From the human T2T-CHM13v2.0 reference genome, Homo sapiens, in assembly GCF_009914755.1 (NCBI RefSeq), contig NC_060933.1: a stretch of 64,000 bases of DNA; one strand, given 5' to 3'. Each line of letters begins with the position of its first letter. The stretch's first letter is position 1. Shown here one piece after another: positions 31,420 through 48,379 of the stretch. The translations under genes and the position numbers were made by a program. Under the pieces are notes generated by a model. It made no database searches and was not told the DNA's origin. It saw only the letters and a list, made by a program, of their open reading frames with translations.

Positions 31420-31770
31420 TAAAAAGGAAATGATTAATTCTGCAAGAGTCGTGGATAGGTGTGGAGGCTGTGGAACAAGAATGGTGGGTGGTTTAGGAAG
31501 CCTTCACAGAATAAATGAGGAACTTGTTGCTGTGAAGGAAGGGAAGCAGGCATTGTAGAGACAAAAGCATTAGCAAAATCACCATATAAGGTAGTACCAG
31601 GAGGATCAGATGTTGTGACTGATAGAAAAAGAGCCAAAAAAGAGAATAATCAATGATAATGTCTTCTACAATTAAGTGACTGTTGATGACAGGAAAAAGG
31701 AACTCAGGAAGAACAGGGCTGAGAAGTTTGAGGAAGATAATGCATTTGTCTTTAGACATGCCAATGTCAG
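31420..31770 (-). mobile_element. L2 fragment
   Basis: Purine-rich degenerate L2-like sequence (ggaaggccttc-like, gaagataatgcatttgtctttagacatg). Confidence 0.5.
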
Positions 31771-31965
31771 GGTTCATTTAAAGTAAACTATTTGGGGAAA
31801 AATTTACAAAATCAGTGAAAAATGAAATACAGTGAAAATTATATAATCTGTTTTAAAATTGTGCTATTGCAAATTATTTTCTATACTGTTTCATGAAATT
31901 ACTTATGAAGCTAGTTCAAGTTGGCTGGAATAAGACTACTGTCACTGGTATTAAAAATTGGCTTT

Positions 31966-32260
31966 GGCCGAGCGTGGTGGCTCACGCCTGTAATCCCAGC
32001 ACTTTGGGAGGCCGAGGCGGGTGGATCACAAGGTCAGGAGATCCAGACCATCCTGGCTAACACAGTGAAACTCCGTCTCTACTAAAAAATACAAAAAATT
32101 AGCCAGTCGTGGTGGCGGGCGCCTGTAGTCCCAGCTACTCAGGAGGCTGAGGCAGGATAATGACGTGAACCTGGGAGGCAGAGCTTGCAGTGAGCCAAGA
32201 TCACGCCACTGCACTCCAGCCTGGGCAACAGAGCGAGACTATGTCTCAAAAAAAAAAAAA
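31966..32260 (+). mobile_element. AluY
   Basis: accatcctggctaacac, gagcttgcagtgag; TSD aaaaa[t/a]tggctt. Confidence 0.94.
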
Positions 32261-33079
32261 TGGCTTCAAGGATTTAATATCAGTAACGATAAAAGGCAAT
32301 GTATTAGGTATAGGGAGTTGTCTAAAGGTGTGGTTGCTATAAAGGCTAGCCTTGTTTAACACATTATTAATGAGCTGGAAGAGGAATTTAACATAAGATA
32401 TATGGGAAGATTAGAAGAAGAAAAATAGATCGATGGGGATAAATTTAAATTATATTTGAAAGATGAATATATTTGTGGTTAATGAAAAAACACAAATATT
32501 CAGTGGCTAGGGGAAAAACCTGTAAAGTTACAAGAACAAAAGAGGTATAGTGTGCAGATAGGCACCAAATTAAACTTATTCATAATAATACATAACAAAA
32601 CTGAATGTAGTCCATTGCATTACGAAGAGTTGTTGTTTTTTTTTTTTTTTTTTTCAAAACATTGTGGTAATAGTTTTTTTCCCCACAGTCTTTGGGAATC
32701 TTAGTCTATGTCATATAGAATATTAGTAACAATTGGTAAGGGATATGAAATAACAGGTAACAAAAAACCTGGTCAGCTAGGCTGATTAGGAGTTTTCATA
32801 TCTTTGAAAACTTACATAAAAGGCACCATTTTACATCATAACAGTGTGGCTCTGAAATGAAAATAAAATATAATTGAATTTTGAAAACTAAGGCTCTTCC
32901 TTTTTTTTCTAGCATTTTAGATAGCTGTACAGGTCCAGTTGCTAAAGATGAGGACTATTGTGAAAGTAAATTTTCCTCTCTGAACATGTACAAGAGGAAT
33001 TATTTCTAGAAGTATTTAAAGAAATCTGTTTCATTTAAAATTAATCTTGGGGTATAAACTAAATGGATGGCCTTTTTTC

Positions 33080-33680
33080 ATCTTTGCTCTATTTTCCTTT
33101 TTATGCATATCTTTTTCTGATTACAAAGTAGTGTTTATTGTAAAAAATGATTTTAAAAAAGCAGAAATAAGTGATTTAAATTATTCATAATATATCATCA
33201 TTTAGGGCCACCCAGAGTTAACCTTTTAGTGTTTATTCATCTAATCTGTTTTCTATGCCCATAGAAACAAAATAAAATAGAGAACACATTTCAAATGGTG
33301 TTTTGTAAGCTTCTTTTTCATTTAATAATAAATGATGAAAAATTTCCATGCTGTTAAATTGTCTCCTATAACATGACTTTAATGGCTACATAGTGTTCCA
33401 TCACATGAACGTGCCATATTTTATTTAATAGCATTTTATTTTGCATATGAGTTGTTTATGATTTTTAGCTGTTACAAATAGCAGTGATGATCATTCTTTT
33501 ATATAAACCTATGTTCACCTGATTTATTATAACTAAAGGGTATAATATAATTCCTAGGAGTGGAACTGTTGGATTAAAGAGTATTAATGCTTTTTTAATA
33601 GCATTGAATATGTATTCCCAATATTCCTTCCATAAAAGTTGTACCAGGCATGAAGTGCCTATTTACTTCTTCCCCTGCCT
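33080..33680 (-). mobile_element. Old L1M fragment
   Basis: tttaatggctacatagtgttcc; ttcctaggagtggaactgttggattaaagag. Confidence 0.6.
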
Positions 33681-34189
33681 AGAAGGCTACTCAGGGAGGA
33701 TATATTTACACACAGATAACACAATAATAATGTGTTTTATGTGTTTAGTGTTTGCCTTTTTCCAAAGTATTTTCTAATTTGATTCTAATGAAAACTTACA
33801 CAAAGTATATCACACATCATGGCCAATCCTGGAAAGCTAGTTAATGTTTTTTGTAGGGAAGAATAATATTTAAGTGAAAGAAATTTCCATATTTGACACA
33901 TCTAGAAACAATCTATGCATCTGAGCCAGGGCCATGTAGTTACAGGGTTACAAATTTGTGATAGAAGTGAAGCCCAAGAATATTAAGTCATGCTAAGAGA
34001 AATCAAAGGTCTGGTGTAGGAAGTACACTGATGGGTCAGATGATCAGCATGTACCTGGCAAAGGTCAAAGTGATGCAGGAAAACATAACCCAGGGAGTTA
34101 ATCAGAAATCAAAATATACAAGGGACGTCTACAGAAAGCATAATATAGGATGGCAGAAGTGAACTGGACGTTTTGGAACCGCATTCTGG

Positions 34190-34390
34190 AATGGATGTGG
34201 AATGCTCTGGAAATGGAACATCTGGATTTGAGTCCTTGTTCGGCTCCTTATTTATTAAGTGATCATGTTTTTCTATAAGCCTTATCTTTCTCATCTGCAA
34301 AGTGGGTAACACAGGCTGCAAGTATTGCTCTGAGGATTAAATGAGATAATTTGGTGATACTTTATACATTTTAAATTACTATAGAAAGAT
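34190..34390 (+). mobile_element. MIR
   Basis: ctggatttgagtcc...tttctcatctgcaaagtggg...gaggattaaatgagataat. Confidence 0.75.
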
Positions 34391-34445
34391 CAGTTATTAT
34401 TGGGGTGAAGGGAAATTCAGTGAAGCAGGTAAAAAATCTGGGATG

Positions 34446-34771
34446 AAGGATGAGTTCATGTCCTTTGCAGGGACATGGCTGAAGCTGGAAACCATCATTC
34501 TCAGCAAACTAACACAGGAACAGAAAACCAAACACCTCATGTTCTCACTCATAAGTGGGAGTTGAACAGTGGTAATATATGGACGCAGGGAGGGGAACAT
34601 TACACACCGGGGCTTGTTGAGGGGTTGGGGGCAAGGGGAGGGATAGCATTAGGAGAAATACCTAATGTAGATGATGGGTTGATGGGGGCAGCAAACCACC
34701 ATGGCACGCATATACCTATGTATCAAACCTGCATGTTCTGCACATGTATCCCAGAACTTAAAGTATAATAA
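34446..34771 (+). mobile_element. L1PA (PA6/7-like) 3' end, ~330 bp
   Basis: gagttcatgtcctttgcagggacatgg...ccagaacttaaagtataata; TSD aaaaaatc[t/c]gggatg. Confidence 0.95.
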
Positions 34772-35062
34772 AAAAAATCCGGGATGTCAGAAGTTAGGAG
34801 ACACATCAGACAGGACCTAAAGGACTTCAGAAAGGCAAGGAAAAGGTCCTATGTGATCATTTCTACATTTTTATTTTTAAAATAATGCCTATAAAATGTA
34901 TTATTTTGTGATTACAGAAGTCCTACATGCCTACTACATAACATTTAGGAAATTTGGAAAAACCCCCAAAAAACATTATAAACCACCTTTGCTTTCGCCA
35001 CCCAATGACAGCTGTGCAAAATGCTTAGTTCAGATTCCAATTCTGTCTTTTACTGACAATGT

Positions 35063-36753
35063 TGAGAAGTGACAGCGTGCTGGCAGTCCTCACAGCCCTC
35101 GTTTGCTCTCAGCGCCTCCTCTGCCTGGGCTCCCACTTTGGCAGCACTTGAGGAGCCCTTCAGCCCACCGCTGCACTGTGGGAGCCCCTTTCTGGGCTGG
35201 CCAAGGCCGGAGCCCACTCCCTCAGCTTGCTGGGAGGTGTGGAGGGAGAGGCGCGAGCGGGAACCGGGGCTGCATGCAGCGCTTGCGGGCCAGCTGGAGT
35301 TCTGGGTGGGCGTGGGCTTGGCAGGCCCCACACTTGGAGCAGCAGGCTGGCCCTGCTGGACCGGGCAATGAGGGGTTTAGCACCCGGGCCAGCGGCTGCG
35401 GGGTGTACTGGGTCCCCCAGCAGTGCCCGGCCCACAGGCGCTGCACTCGATTTCTCACCAGGCCTTAGCTGCCTTCCCGCGGGGCAGGCCTCAGGACTGC
35501 AGCCCGCCATGCCTGAGCCTTCTCCCACGTCTGTGGGCTCCTGTGCAGCCCGAGCCTCCCCCACGAGCACCACCCCCTGCTCCAGGGCGCCCAGTCCCAT
35601 CGACCACCCAAGGGCTGAGGAGTGCGAGCGCATGGCGCAGGACTGGCAGGCAGCTCCACCTGCAGCCCCCGTGCGGGATCCACTGGGTGAAGCCAGCTGG
35701 GCTCCTGAGTCTGGTGGGGCCTTGGAGAACCTTTATGACTAGCTCAGGGATTGTAAATACACCAATCAGCACCCTGTGTTTAGCTCAAGGATTGTAAATA
35801 CACCGATCGGCACTCTGTATCTAGCTCAAGGTTTGTAAACACACCAATCAGCACCCTGTGTCTAGCTCTGTATCTAGCTGCTCTGGTGGGGCCCTGGAGA
35901 ACCTTTATGTCTAGCTCAGGGATTGTAAATACACCAGTCAGCACCCTGTGTTTAGCTCAGGGTTTGTGAGTGCACCAAATCGACACTCTGTATCTAGCTG
36001 TTCTGGTGGGGCCTTGGAGAACCTTTATGTCTAGCTCAAGGATTGTAAATACACCAATTGGCACTCTGTATCTAGCTGCTCTGGTGGGGCCTTGGAGAAC
36101 CTTTATGTCTAGCTCAGGGATTGTAAATACACCAGTCGGCACTCTGTATCTAGCTCAAGTTTGTAAACACACCAATCAGCACCCTGTGTCTAGCTCAGGG
36201 TTTGTGAATGCACCAATCGACACTCTGTATCTAGCTGCTCTGGTGGGGCCTTGGAGAACCTTTGTGTGGATACTCTGTATCTAACTAATCTGGTGGGGAC
36301 GTGGAGAACCTTTGTATCTAGCTCAGGGATTGTAAACGCACCAATCAGCGCCCTGTCAAAACAGGCCACTCTGCTCTACCAATCAGCAGGATGTGGGTGG
36401 GGCCAGATAAGAGAATAAAAGCAGGCTGTCCAAGCCAGCAGTGGCAACCCGGTCGGGTCCCCTAACACACAGTGGAAGCTTTGTTCTTGTGCTCTTTGCA
36501 ATAAATCTTGCTACTGCTCACTCTTTGGGTCCACACTGCTTTTATGAGCTGTAACACTCACTGTGAAGATCTGCAGCTTCACTCCTGAGCCAGCCGAGAC
36601 CACGAACCCACCAGAAGGAAGAAACTCCGAACACATCTGAACATCAGAAGGAACAAACTCCAGACGTGCCACCTTAAGAGCTGTAACACCGCGAGGGTCC
36701 GCGGCTTCATTCTTGAAGTCAGTGAGACCAAGAACCCACCAATTCCGGACACA
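35063..36753 (+). mobile_element. LTR12C (ERV9) solo LTR, 1691 bp
   Basis: tgaga[a]gtgacagcgtgctggcagtcctcacagcc start, ccaattccggacaca end, exact TSD atgt. Confidence 0.96.
35710..36420 (+). promoter_or_regulatory. LTR12 U3 enhancer repeat array and promoter (NF-Y CCAAT boxes, GATA, AATAAAA TATA-like box)
   Basis: CCAAT at 35762, 35844, 36054, 36172, 36213, 36341, 36379; AGATAA 36405; AATAAAA 36414. Confidence 0.8.
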
Positions 36754-36880
36754 ATGTGACCTTGGGTTAATTACTTAGCCTCGTTTTTCTCATATATAAA
36801 AGGGAGATAATAATAGTTATAATGGTTAACACTTATTGTACACTAAACATTGCTAGTCCTGCAATCAGTAATTAATTTAA

Positions 36881-37182
36881 TTTTTTTTTTTTTTTTTTGA
36901 GACAGAATCTCACTCTCTTGCCCAGGCTGGAGTGCAGTGGTGTGATCTTGGCTCACTGCAACCTCCGCCTCCCGAGTTTAAATGATTCTCATTCTTCAGC
37001 CTCCTGAGTAGCTGGGACTACAGGCACGAACCACCATGCCTGACTAATTTTTTTGTATTTTTAGTAGAGATGGGATTTTGCCATGTTACCCGGGCTGGTC
37101 TCAAACTCCTGAGCTCAGGCGATCTGCCCCCCTCGACCTCCCAAAGTGCTGGGATTACAGGCCTGAGCCACTGCACCCAGCC
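36881..37182 (-). mobile_element. AluS within a MIR
   Basis: Antisense Alu; MIR continues at 37185-37310 (ttttacagaagaggaagctgaggcttagaaaggtt). Confidence 0.93.
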
Positions 37183-37591
37183 AGTAATTCGTTTAATACT
37201 TCCATTGACCTTATGAAGTAGACCTTTAGAATTATCCCCGTTTTACAGAAGAGGAAGCTGAGGCTTAGAAAGGTTCAGTAATTTGCCCGAAGTTACACAA
37301 CTTGTAGGATCATCAGGAAATAAAATGGGGGCATAATTACTTGACATTAACAATAATGTGTAACCCAAGTGCATGGACAGGACATGAGTGTGGAAATACA
37401 TATAACCATTTGACCATAGCTAAGAAAAGTTTTGGGAAGTGTGAATAGAGTAGACTTAAGAAATTATGGTCTCTAAATAATGCCACAGTGTTTCCTGATG
37501 AACTAAAGTATAGTAAATACATGCTATGTAAGCAAGGAGTACCCCTCCTACACATACATGGTAAAAATCACTCATTGAAAGATTGAAAGCA

Positions 37592-38650
<1,059 letters not shown>

Positions 38651-39239
38651 CCTCCCCAACACAGTCAGCCAGAAAACCACTTCTCAAATGATCAGAGTTA
38701 AAGCATGAGATAAAACTTGTTTGCCTTTCTGGTGAAGATACCATGCATGATAACATTTCAACTTATTAGGGCCAGGACTGGCAAATGTTTTCTGTAAGGG
38801 GCCAGATAATGGGTCTTAATAGGGTTCCATTCAGATCTCTTCTACTTCACATGTTATAAATCGGCACTTCCATCAGCCTGATGCATTCTGCTGTGTTTCT
38901 TAGAGATGTTATCTCATGCTTTCAGTCATGTGGGTGGTACTCTTCCTTTGTATCTACAGCTGATATGTATCAAGGATGTTTTCCTATTTTCATATTCCTT
39001 CAGTGACTTCTATATGATTCTGGGGGTGGAGGAGCAGTTGAATGCAGTTTAACATTTAGGTTTAGTCTACCACTTTTCTATGGAATCTGAAGAATGATTT
39101 TAAGTTTGAGGCTGGGTGAACTACTAGCAGAACCTATCCAAGCATTCCCTATATCCCCTTTTTCATAGTTTTCTGTGAGCCTCTTCTTGAAAGAAACTAC
39201 CTGCTTCCCAGTGGGTGGTTAAATCTAGATCCAGGCTAC

Positions 39240-39380
39240 TCTGGAAAAAACACAGGATTAGGAATGAGACATGATTTCCAGTCTCAAGTCTGTCATCAAT
39301 TATTTATATGACCTCAGGCAAGTCATAATCTCTCTAGGCCAGGTTTCTTATCTATATATTAGAGGTTTGGTCTAGATTGA
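39240..39380 (+). mobile_element. MIR3/MIR
   Basis: tgacctcaggcaagtcataatctctctaggccaggtttcttatctata. Confidence 0.65.
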
Positions 39381-39593
39381 TGGTTTTCAAACCAAGATCC
39401 TGTGCAACATGTGCCTGTTACCAGTGTAACTGGGGTTTTTGGAACTTGATATGGGGTAATGGCCTGACTTTTCCTAACTCTCAAAAACATAAGGTACTGA
39501 AGAGACTTTTTTTTTTCTCAATTTAAGGCTCTTTACCCATAAATCTTTTTTTTAATTTATGACTATTTGGACTAGCAGATGAAAAGTGTCTGT

Positions 39594-40268
<675 letters not shown>

Positions 40269-41009
40269 TGAAATTGGTCTCAGTTCACATGGTATTCAAA
40301 TATATCAATACTGTAGTATTCTGAAAAGGTGCTTCCCATGTGAGCAAGTGTGAAACTGCTGTTCATATGTGTATTTTGGGACTTAGTATTCAATACATAC
40401 AATATAGCTATATTTTCTTCTGGCAAAATTATTTTCAATTCACATGAAATTAAATATATCAGCACTTCATAATATATAGCAAAAAATGCCATGGATTTCC
40501 AGGTGCTTACCATCTGGACAACTTTGAGGATGATGAAACGTTGTATAAGGTTTCTCCCAGATCTTTTGGAAGCTCTTCATTTTAAAGAGTGTCTCCTTAA
40601 GTTATGCTTTCTGCTCACCCTCCCTTGCCCTTTTTTTGTGTGTGTTTTTTCAACCAAACATCAGCTCCTTCAGTATCCTGATATTATCTGTTCTCTACAC
40701 ATCCAACCTGGGAGAGTTGTTTTGCTAAGAGCATAGCACCAATGGGAAGGACTGCCTATTTTCCAGAACATCAGTGCTGTTATACCATTCTGCCATTTAG
40801 CCCTAGGCTCAGTCCTTGCAGTTTGACTGACAATCCCAAACAATGTGTCAGTGTAGGTTTTACACAAACAAGTTGAAAATCAATCCATAATGGGACTTCT
40901 TTTTTTGAGGTCTAAATGGGAGACAAAGATGAAGACTAGATGTCCTGGAGGTACCTTCTGGGCTTATCTCTGCCTTATGATCTTTGACAGCAGTAGGATA
41001 CTACCTTGT

Positions 41010-41415
41010 TGTGGTGGTTTTGTACCTTGTTAACTTGGTTAGGTTGGAATTATTTTCCCCTGAATCTCCTTGCCTGTGTGTACTGGGTTAGGGTTGGGGA
41101 CAAGAGAAATTTGCACAAGATTTGGGAGGCAGCTGTTAAATTCCAAAGGCTGGTGCCTGGTGCCGGGAGTTCCTGCAGCTTGTGCATGCGGTCGCTGGTC
41201 TGCTGACCCCCATGTGTCCTCTCTGTTTCCTGTGTCACATCTAGTGTATCTTCCCAACTGCCGGGCCTACTGACTGACAGTGGCTTCAGGCAGATACAAA
41301 GGCCACATCCTTCCATAGATTCAGCAGCTCCCACAATTATGTAGGTTCTAATTCCTATAATAAACTCCTAATTCCATAGTGATCCTGCTTGCCCAATGGA
41401 ACTCTGTGTGATACA
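41010..41415 (+). mobile_element. MLT2 (E/F-type) LTR
   Basis: tgtggtggttttg...aacttggttaggttggaattattttccc start, cctataataaa...tgataca end; TSD cttgt/cttgc. Confidence 0.7.
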
Positions 41416-42139
41416 CTTGCCAATGGCACTGTTTGCTGTTTCAACTTTCCTTTACCGCAAAGAGGTGTGGAGTGGAGGAAGGAACGCATACATGCCTTTA
41501 GTTGATTCTGTTTCTCTGAAGAGCATAGCTGGCTGATAATAACTCAGAGCAGCACTATTTTCAGGAGACATGGAATGGATAAAATGGATAAAAAGATGGA
41601 AAGAAAACGCATCCACTAAAAAGGTCATCTCTGCCTCTGGCATCAAATTTATGGCTCGCCTCCACTTATTTTCAAGATGTTACTTCAGTTTGGTTTTATA
41701 ATTTCTGTGGTCCCTTAAACCTCAGAAACCAGCGTATGTTATAGATAAGTCAATGTTTATTTGCAAAACTCACTCTATTACTCTATCCTAAATGGGACTC
41801 TGCTTCTTACCTGTGCTATCAGGAAAGAGTTGAAGTTTTGATGCAAGGTTCATGGAGGTCATTACTACTTTTCCAAGCAAACAACCACAGAAAACAGGAC
41901 TCTCTCCCCAAGTCCCCATCACCACCCTGAAAATAGATCAGGGCTGTGACTCTCTACCTACATGGGAAACCAGAGACCAAATACCAAAAGTGCTTTTACT
42001 TTCAAGGAAGCCTAGAGTCCAGAGATTCCTTTTATTATTATTATTATTATTTTTATTTTTTATCTTTTAGGGTTAATGCTAATGTGTTACTCTGACACTT
42101 CCAGCTGTGAGGTCCTGAAGTCAACTTCCTTGTGTCAGA

Positions 42140-43795
<1,656 letters not shown>

Positions 43796-43961
43796 TAAGT
43801 AGATCAGGAAAGGCCAAACTAAAGGTGTAAGTCAGGTATAAGCAAGGAAGTGTGGATAGATAAACAGAGATAAGTCAGAATTGAAAAACAAACAAAAACC
43901 GAGTCTTTCGATAAAGTCAGAATTGGCAGAACAATCTGCCAATCTGAATGTTCAGAGGCAC

Positions 43962-44529
43962 TGTTTCGTAAGTTTTCTATTGCTTCCTAACAAATTACCG
44001 CAAGCTTAGGAATTGAAGACAACACCTGTCTGTTAGCTCCATTCTGTCGTTCTGTGGGTCAGAAGTCCTGCAAGTTTCCACAAGGTTTTTTGTTTAGGGT
44101 CTCTCGCAAGGTACGAATCTTGCTGAGCTCTTATCTGAACTCTCCGGGGAAGAATTTGCTTCCAAGCTCATTGAAGCTGTTGTTGGTATTCAGTTCCTTG
44201 TGATTGTAGGATTGAAATCGCTATTTTCTTCCTGGCCATGGGCTGCGAGTCAAGTTCAGTTCCCAGAGGCCTCTCCTTGCTCTGATCCTTGCACAGGGCC
44301 CCTCCATCTTCAATGCTAGCAATGGCATGTCGAATGCTTAAGCTTTGAAGTCCTCTGATTTCTCCTTCTGCCACTAGTCAGAAAATTCTCTACTTTTGAA
44401 GGACTCCTGTGATTAGATCAGGATTTTCCATCTGCAAAATCCCTGCACAATAGTACCTAGATTGGTGTTTGATTGAGTAACGAGAGTCAGGATTCTTGGT
44501 GGGCCATCCTTAGAGTTCTGCCAACCACA
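43962..44529 (-). mobile_element. MLT1 MaLR LTR
   Basis: taacaaattaccgcaagcttag...ttccaagctcatt...agagttctgccaaccaca. Confidence 0.8.
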
Positions 44530-46174
44530 GTTTTCCTCCAGAATCAAGCTTGATTGTACAGAAATGAAATGGAGACCCTTGAGAAGTTTCAGTAGTAATT
44601 CCAGAGAGAATTAAAGGACCTTAAACTAAAGTCTGCCTTCTAGTGGATCATGTTACAGTAAGGCTCCAGAGTAAATCTCCAACCATAATAAATACAGAAG
44701 AGTTAACCTTCTATGTATTTTTACCTGAATGCAAGCCATTTCATGGTAATCCATAAGTGAATTTCACTTAAATATAACAATTTGACAAAAAGATAAAATG
44801 CCTAACCTCTAAACACTGAGATACCCTTAAATGCGAATAGAGGTTTTATTTTACTTACTGAATTTTGTTGTTAAATCTTAAACAGGACACAATTTTATAA
44901 TCAAGTTAATTCTCTCATCCTTTTAAAACTAATGTATGGGTCGAAAATACTGATATTTAAATATGTGAACTACATACACACATATGCACTTTTATCTGAT
45001 TCTGCTTAAAAGTTAGAACCGTCAACTGCTGACTCCCACTTTATTATTCAGAACTCAATCACTGTAGGAAGGCAGATAAGTTCAAAGATACAACAGGATT
45101 CTGGAGCCAAAATACACTAACTTCATCCTACTGAAAGGAGACAGTTGTGTCCCACTGAGATGATAGAGTTCAGGCTGCAGTGAAAGTTCAGGCAGGCCGG
45201 CTGTAGCACCTCCCTGCTCTGCAGCGTGCAGCTTCTATCTGGCGCTCCCTGGAGCTGGGAATTTACCACAAACACCACCTTGGGGAACAGTGTTAGCAGC
45301 TGAGAAACTGCAGAAACAAGCTGCTTCTCAGCGACTCCCAGATACTATCAGAATGCTAGAAAATAATTAAAATCCTAATTAAGTAGTTTCTCATCTGGCT
45401 CATTTGAAGATGCTCCAAAATGGTCAGATTTAAGGCCTGGTAAACAGCTGAAGTGTTAAATTTGCTTGGTAGTTGAAACCTTTGTTAGAGATCAGGTTTA
45501 CATAAAGAATGTGAAATGGAGAATAAGATAGTATCTGCATAATTCAAATGCAAAACAATTTTGCTTGAGTTATTTGTATCTTTCAAGCACAAACCTATCT
45601 ATTTTACTTTTTTGGCATCAATACTGGTTCCTTCTTGTTTTTAGCATACTACTGTGCAAAGAATAAATTTCATATTATAAATAATATAGAAAATATGGGA
45701 GACAGGTTGAAAAAGAATACAATGAGATTTTAAATAATAATTAAACCTGTTTAAATTTTTCTAGTTTTGACTTTCATTACATATAGAATTATAAAGTTGT
45801 ATATGTTTTACTACCTGGTATTAGTTTTATGCAAAAAAGCTCATGTAAAATGTATAAAATCTATGTACATTTATAAATGAAATTTAATTTTGGCTTTGTA
45901 TTTTGGAAGATAATTTTCTTCTGATTACCTTTACTCAGGTTTATTTTACTTTTCCTCTTGTATGGATCTAATAAGGACCAAACGTTACTGTGTTTTCCAG
46001 AGACAGTTTGTCAGGAGACGTCTGTTAAAATTATAGCCTAAAGATGCATCCAAGTCTACACATACTAAACCTTTGAGATCTGTGTGTGGGTGTGTGTGTA
46101 CACATACTGTACAGATTACTCAGTAGTCATTCGTTATGTTATTATTTTAAAATTGCTATTTAGAAGTGACATGC

Positions 46175-46701
<527 letters not shown>

Positions 46702-46719
46702 TCATCCAAACCTTTTGAT

Positions 46720-46945
46720 TGGAGAAAAGTGTAGTGCTTGAAAGTGTTAACTTTGGAACTAGACTGCCTGGTTTGAATCCACCCTGTGCCACTTACAAGC
46801 CATATGATATTGGGCAAGTCACTTAATCTCTTGTGCCTGTTTTCTCAATAGGAAAATGGGAATAATATTAGCATTTACCTTATAGGATTATTGTGAGGAG
46901 TGAGTGAATTAAAGCACATAGATAGAATGCCCTTAATAATTATAT
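46720..46945 (+). mobile_element. MIR
   Basis: agactgcctggtttgaatcc...ttgggcaagtcacttaatctc...aaaatgggaataata. Confidence 0.85.
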
Positions 46946-47342
46946 TATTTCCATTACAGTATTATTTCTGGAACCTGATCTACCTTAAACAAAATCTCCT
47001 ACTTCCTTAGCCTTGACATATCCTTTACCTGTTGGCCCCAGTTGAAACTTAGATTTTTTTCTAAGGACAATTTTAATAAGTCAAGCAAAGGTGGCCTTTC
47101 TTCCAAATCTAGCTTTCTTCAGTCACTTCCAATCTAGTATTCTTGACCAAGAAGCAAAATTTCCTCTTCATTTAAAGCTTCTATCAGTATTTGCCTTCAT
47201 CTACCTTCTTTCTACTTAGGCTTCCACATTTATTGAGAATTTGACACTTAGGTCAATAGTTTTCCTTTCTTCTGCAAGTCAACATACTGGCTAATTTCAG
47301 TGTCCATGCAGAAGACCCAGCCAACACTCCAGTTTCTCAATA

Positions 47343-47874
47343 CAGTCTGCCCCCTCTTATCTGTGGTTCACTTTCCATTGTTTCAGTTACCCATGGTCTA
47401 CTGCCATCCACAAGTGTTAAATGGGAAATTCCAGAAATAAGTTTTAAATTGTGCACTGTTCTGAGTACGAGGATGAAATATCATGCCATTTCGCTCTGTC
47501 CTACCCAGGACATGAATCATCAGTTGGTCCAGCATATTGTTGCTGTATCCACTCTCACTCAGTTGTCATTGTCTTGGTTATCAGATTGACTGTCACAGTG
47601 TCACAGTGCTTGTGTTCCAGTAACCCTTATTTTACTTCATCATGGCTCCAAAGTACAAGAGTTGTGATGCTGGCATATTGTTATAATTATCCTCTTTTAT
47701 TATTAGCTATTGTTGTTAATCTCTTACTGTGCCCAATTTATACATTAAGCTTTATCATAGGTATGTAGGTATAGAAAAAAAACATACTATATACAGAGTT
47801 TGGTATCATTCATGGTTTCAGGCATCCACTGTGGGTCTTGGAACATATCCCCTGGGGCTTAGAAGGGACTAATA
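47343..47874. mobile_element. MER44 (Tigger7-derived) element inside an L2
   Basis: ta-cagtc...cttatctgtggttcactttcc start; ggtttcaggcatccactg...tcttggaacatatcccc end. Confidence 0.8.
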
Positions 47875-48085
47875 TAATTGATCTCCTTATTCTGATGACC
47901 TTCCCCTTCTTAACACTCCAGTCCCACCCTAGACAGTATTCTCCTAGGTCTGCTGTATCTCAGAAATCATATACTTAGATATCATATTGTTTGACCACAG
48001 TGGTGGTCAATGGAAAATGCTGAATGAACGACTGCTCTACTTAGACTGTAAGTTAGATTCTTGACAATAAGGCGTGGGTCTCTCT

Positions 48086-48379
48086 CTTTTTTTTTTCTTC
48101 GACAGAGTTTTGCTCTGTTGCCCAGGATGGAGTGCAGTGGTGCAATCTCAGCTCACTACAACCTCCACCTCCCAGTTCAAGAGATTCTCCTGCCTCAGCC
48201 TCCCAAATAGCTGGGATTACAGGTGCCTGCCACCATGCCTAGCTAATTTTTGTATTTTTAGTAGAGATGGGGCTTCACCATGTTGGCCAGGCTGGTCTCA
48301 AACTCCTGACCTCTGGTGATCCACCCACCTCGGCCTCCCAAAGTGCTGGGATTACAGGCGTGAGCCACCGCGCCCCGCC
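48086..48379 (-). mobile_element. AluS
   Basis: Antisense Alu; TSD aaggc[g/t]tgggtc. Confidence 0.95.

Noticed and set aside
32689-32735. 47-nt + strand acceptor/donor pair
   Set aside because: Not frame-preserving and unsupported. It shows that exon-like pairs arise by chance here, which tempers the main hypothesis.
35050-35797. Cluster of long overlapping ORFs (up to 171 aa)
   Set aside because: GC-rich LTR12C U3 sequence; open frames on both strands reflect composition, not genes.
35710-36360. Repeat array superficially like CRISPR
   Set aside because: No unique spacers and no cas genes; these are the known LTR12 enhancer repeats in primate DNA.
43922-43943. 9-bp inverted repeat attggcaga-acaa-tctgccaat
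   Set aside because: Short enough to be near chance in 64 kb.
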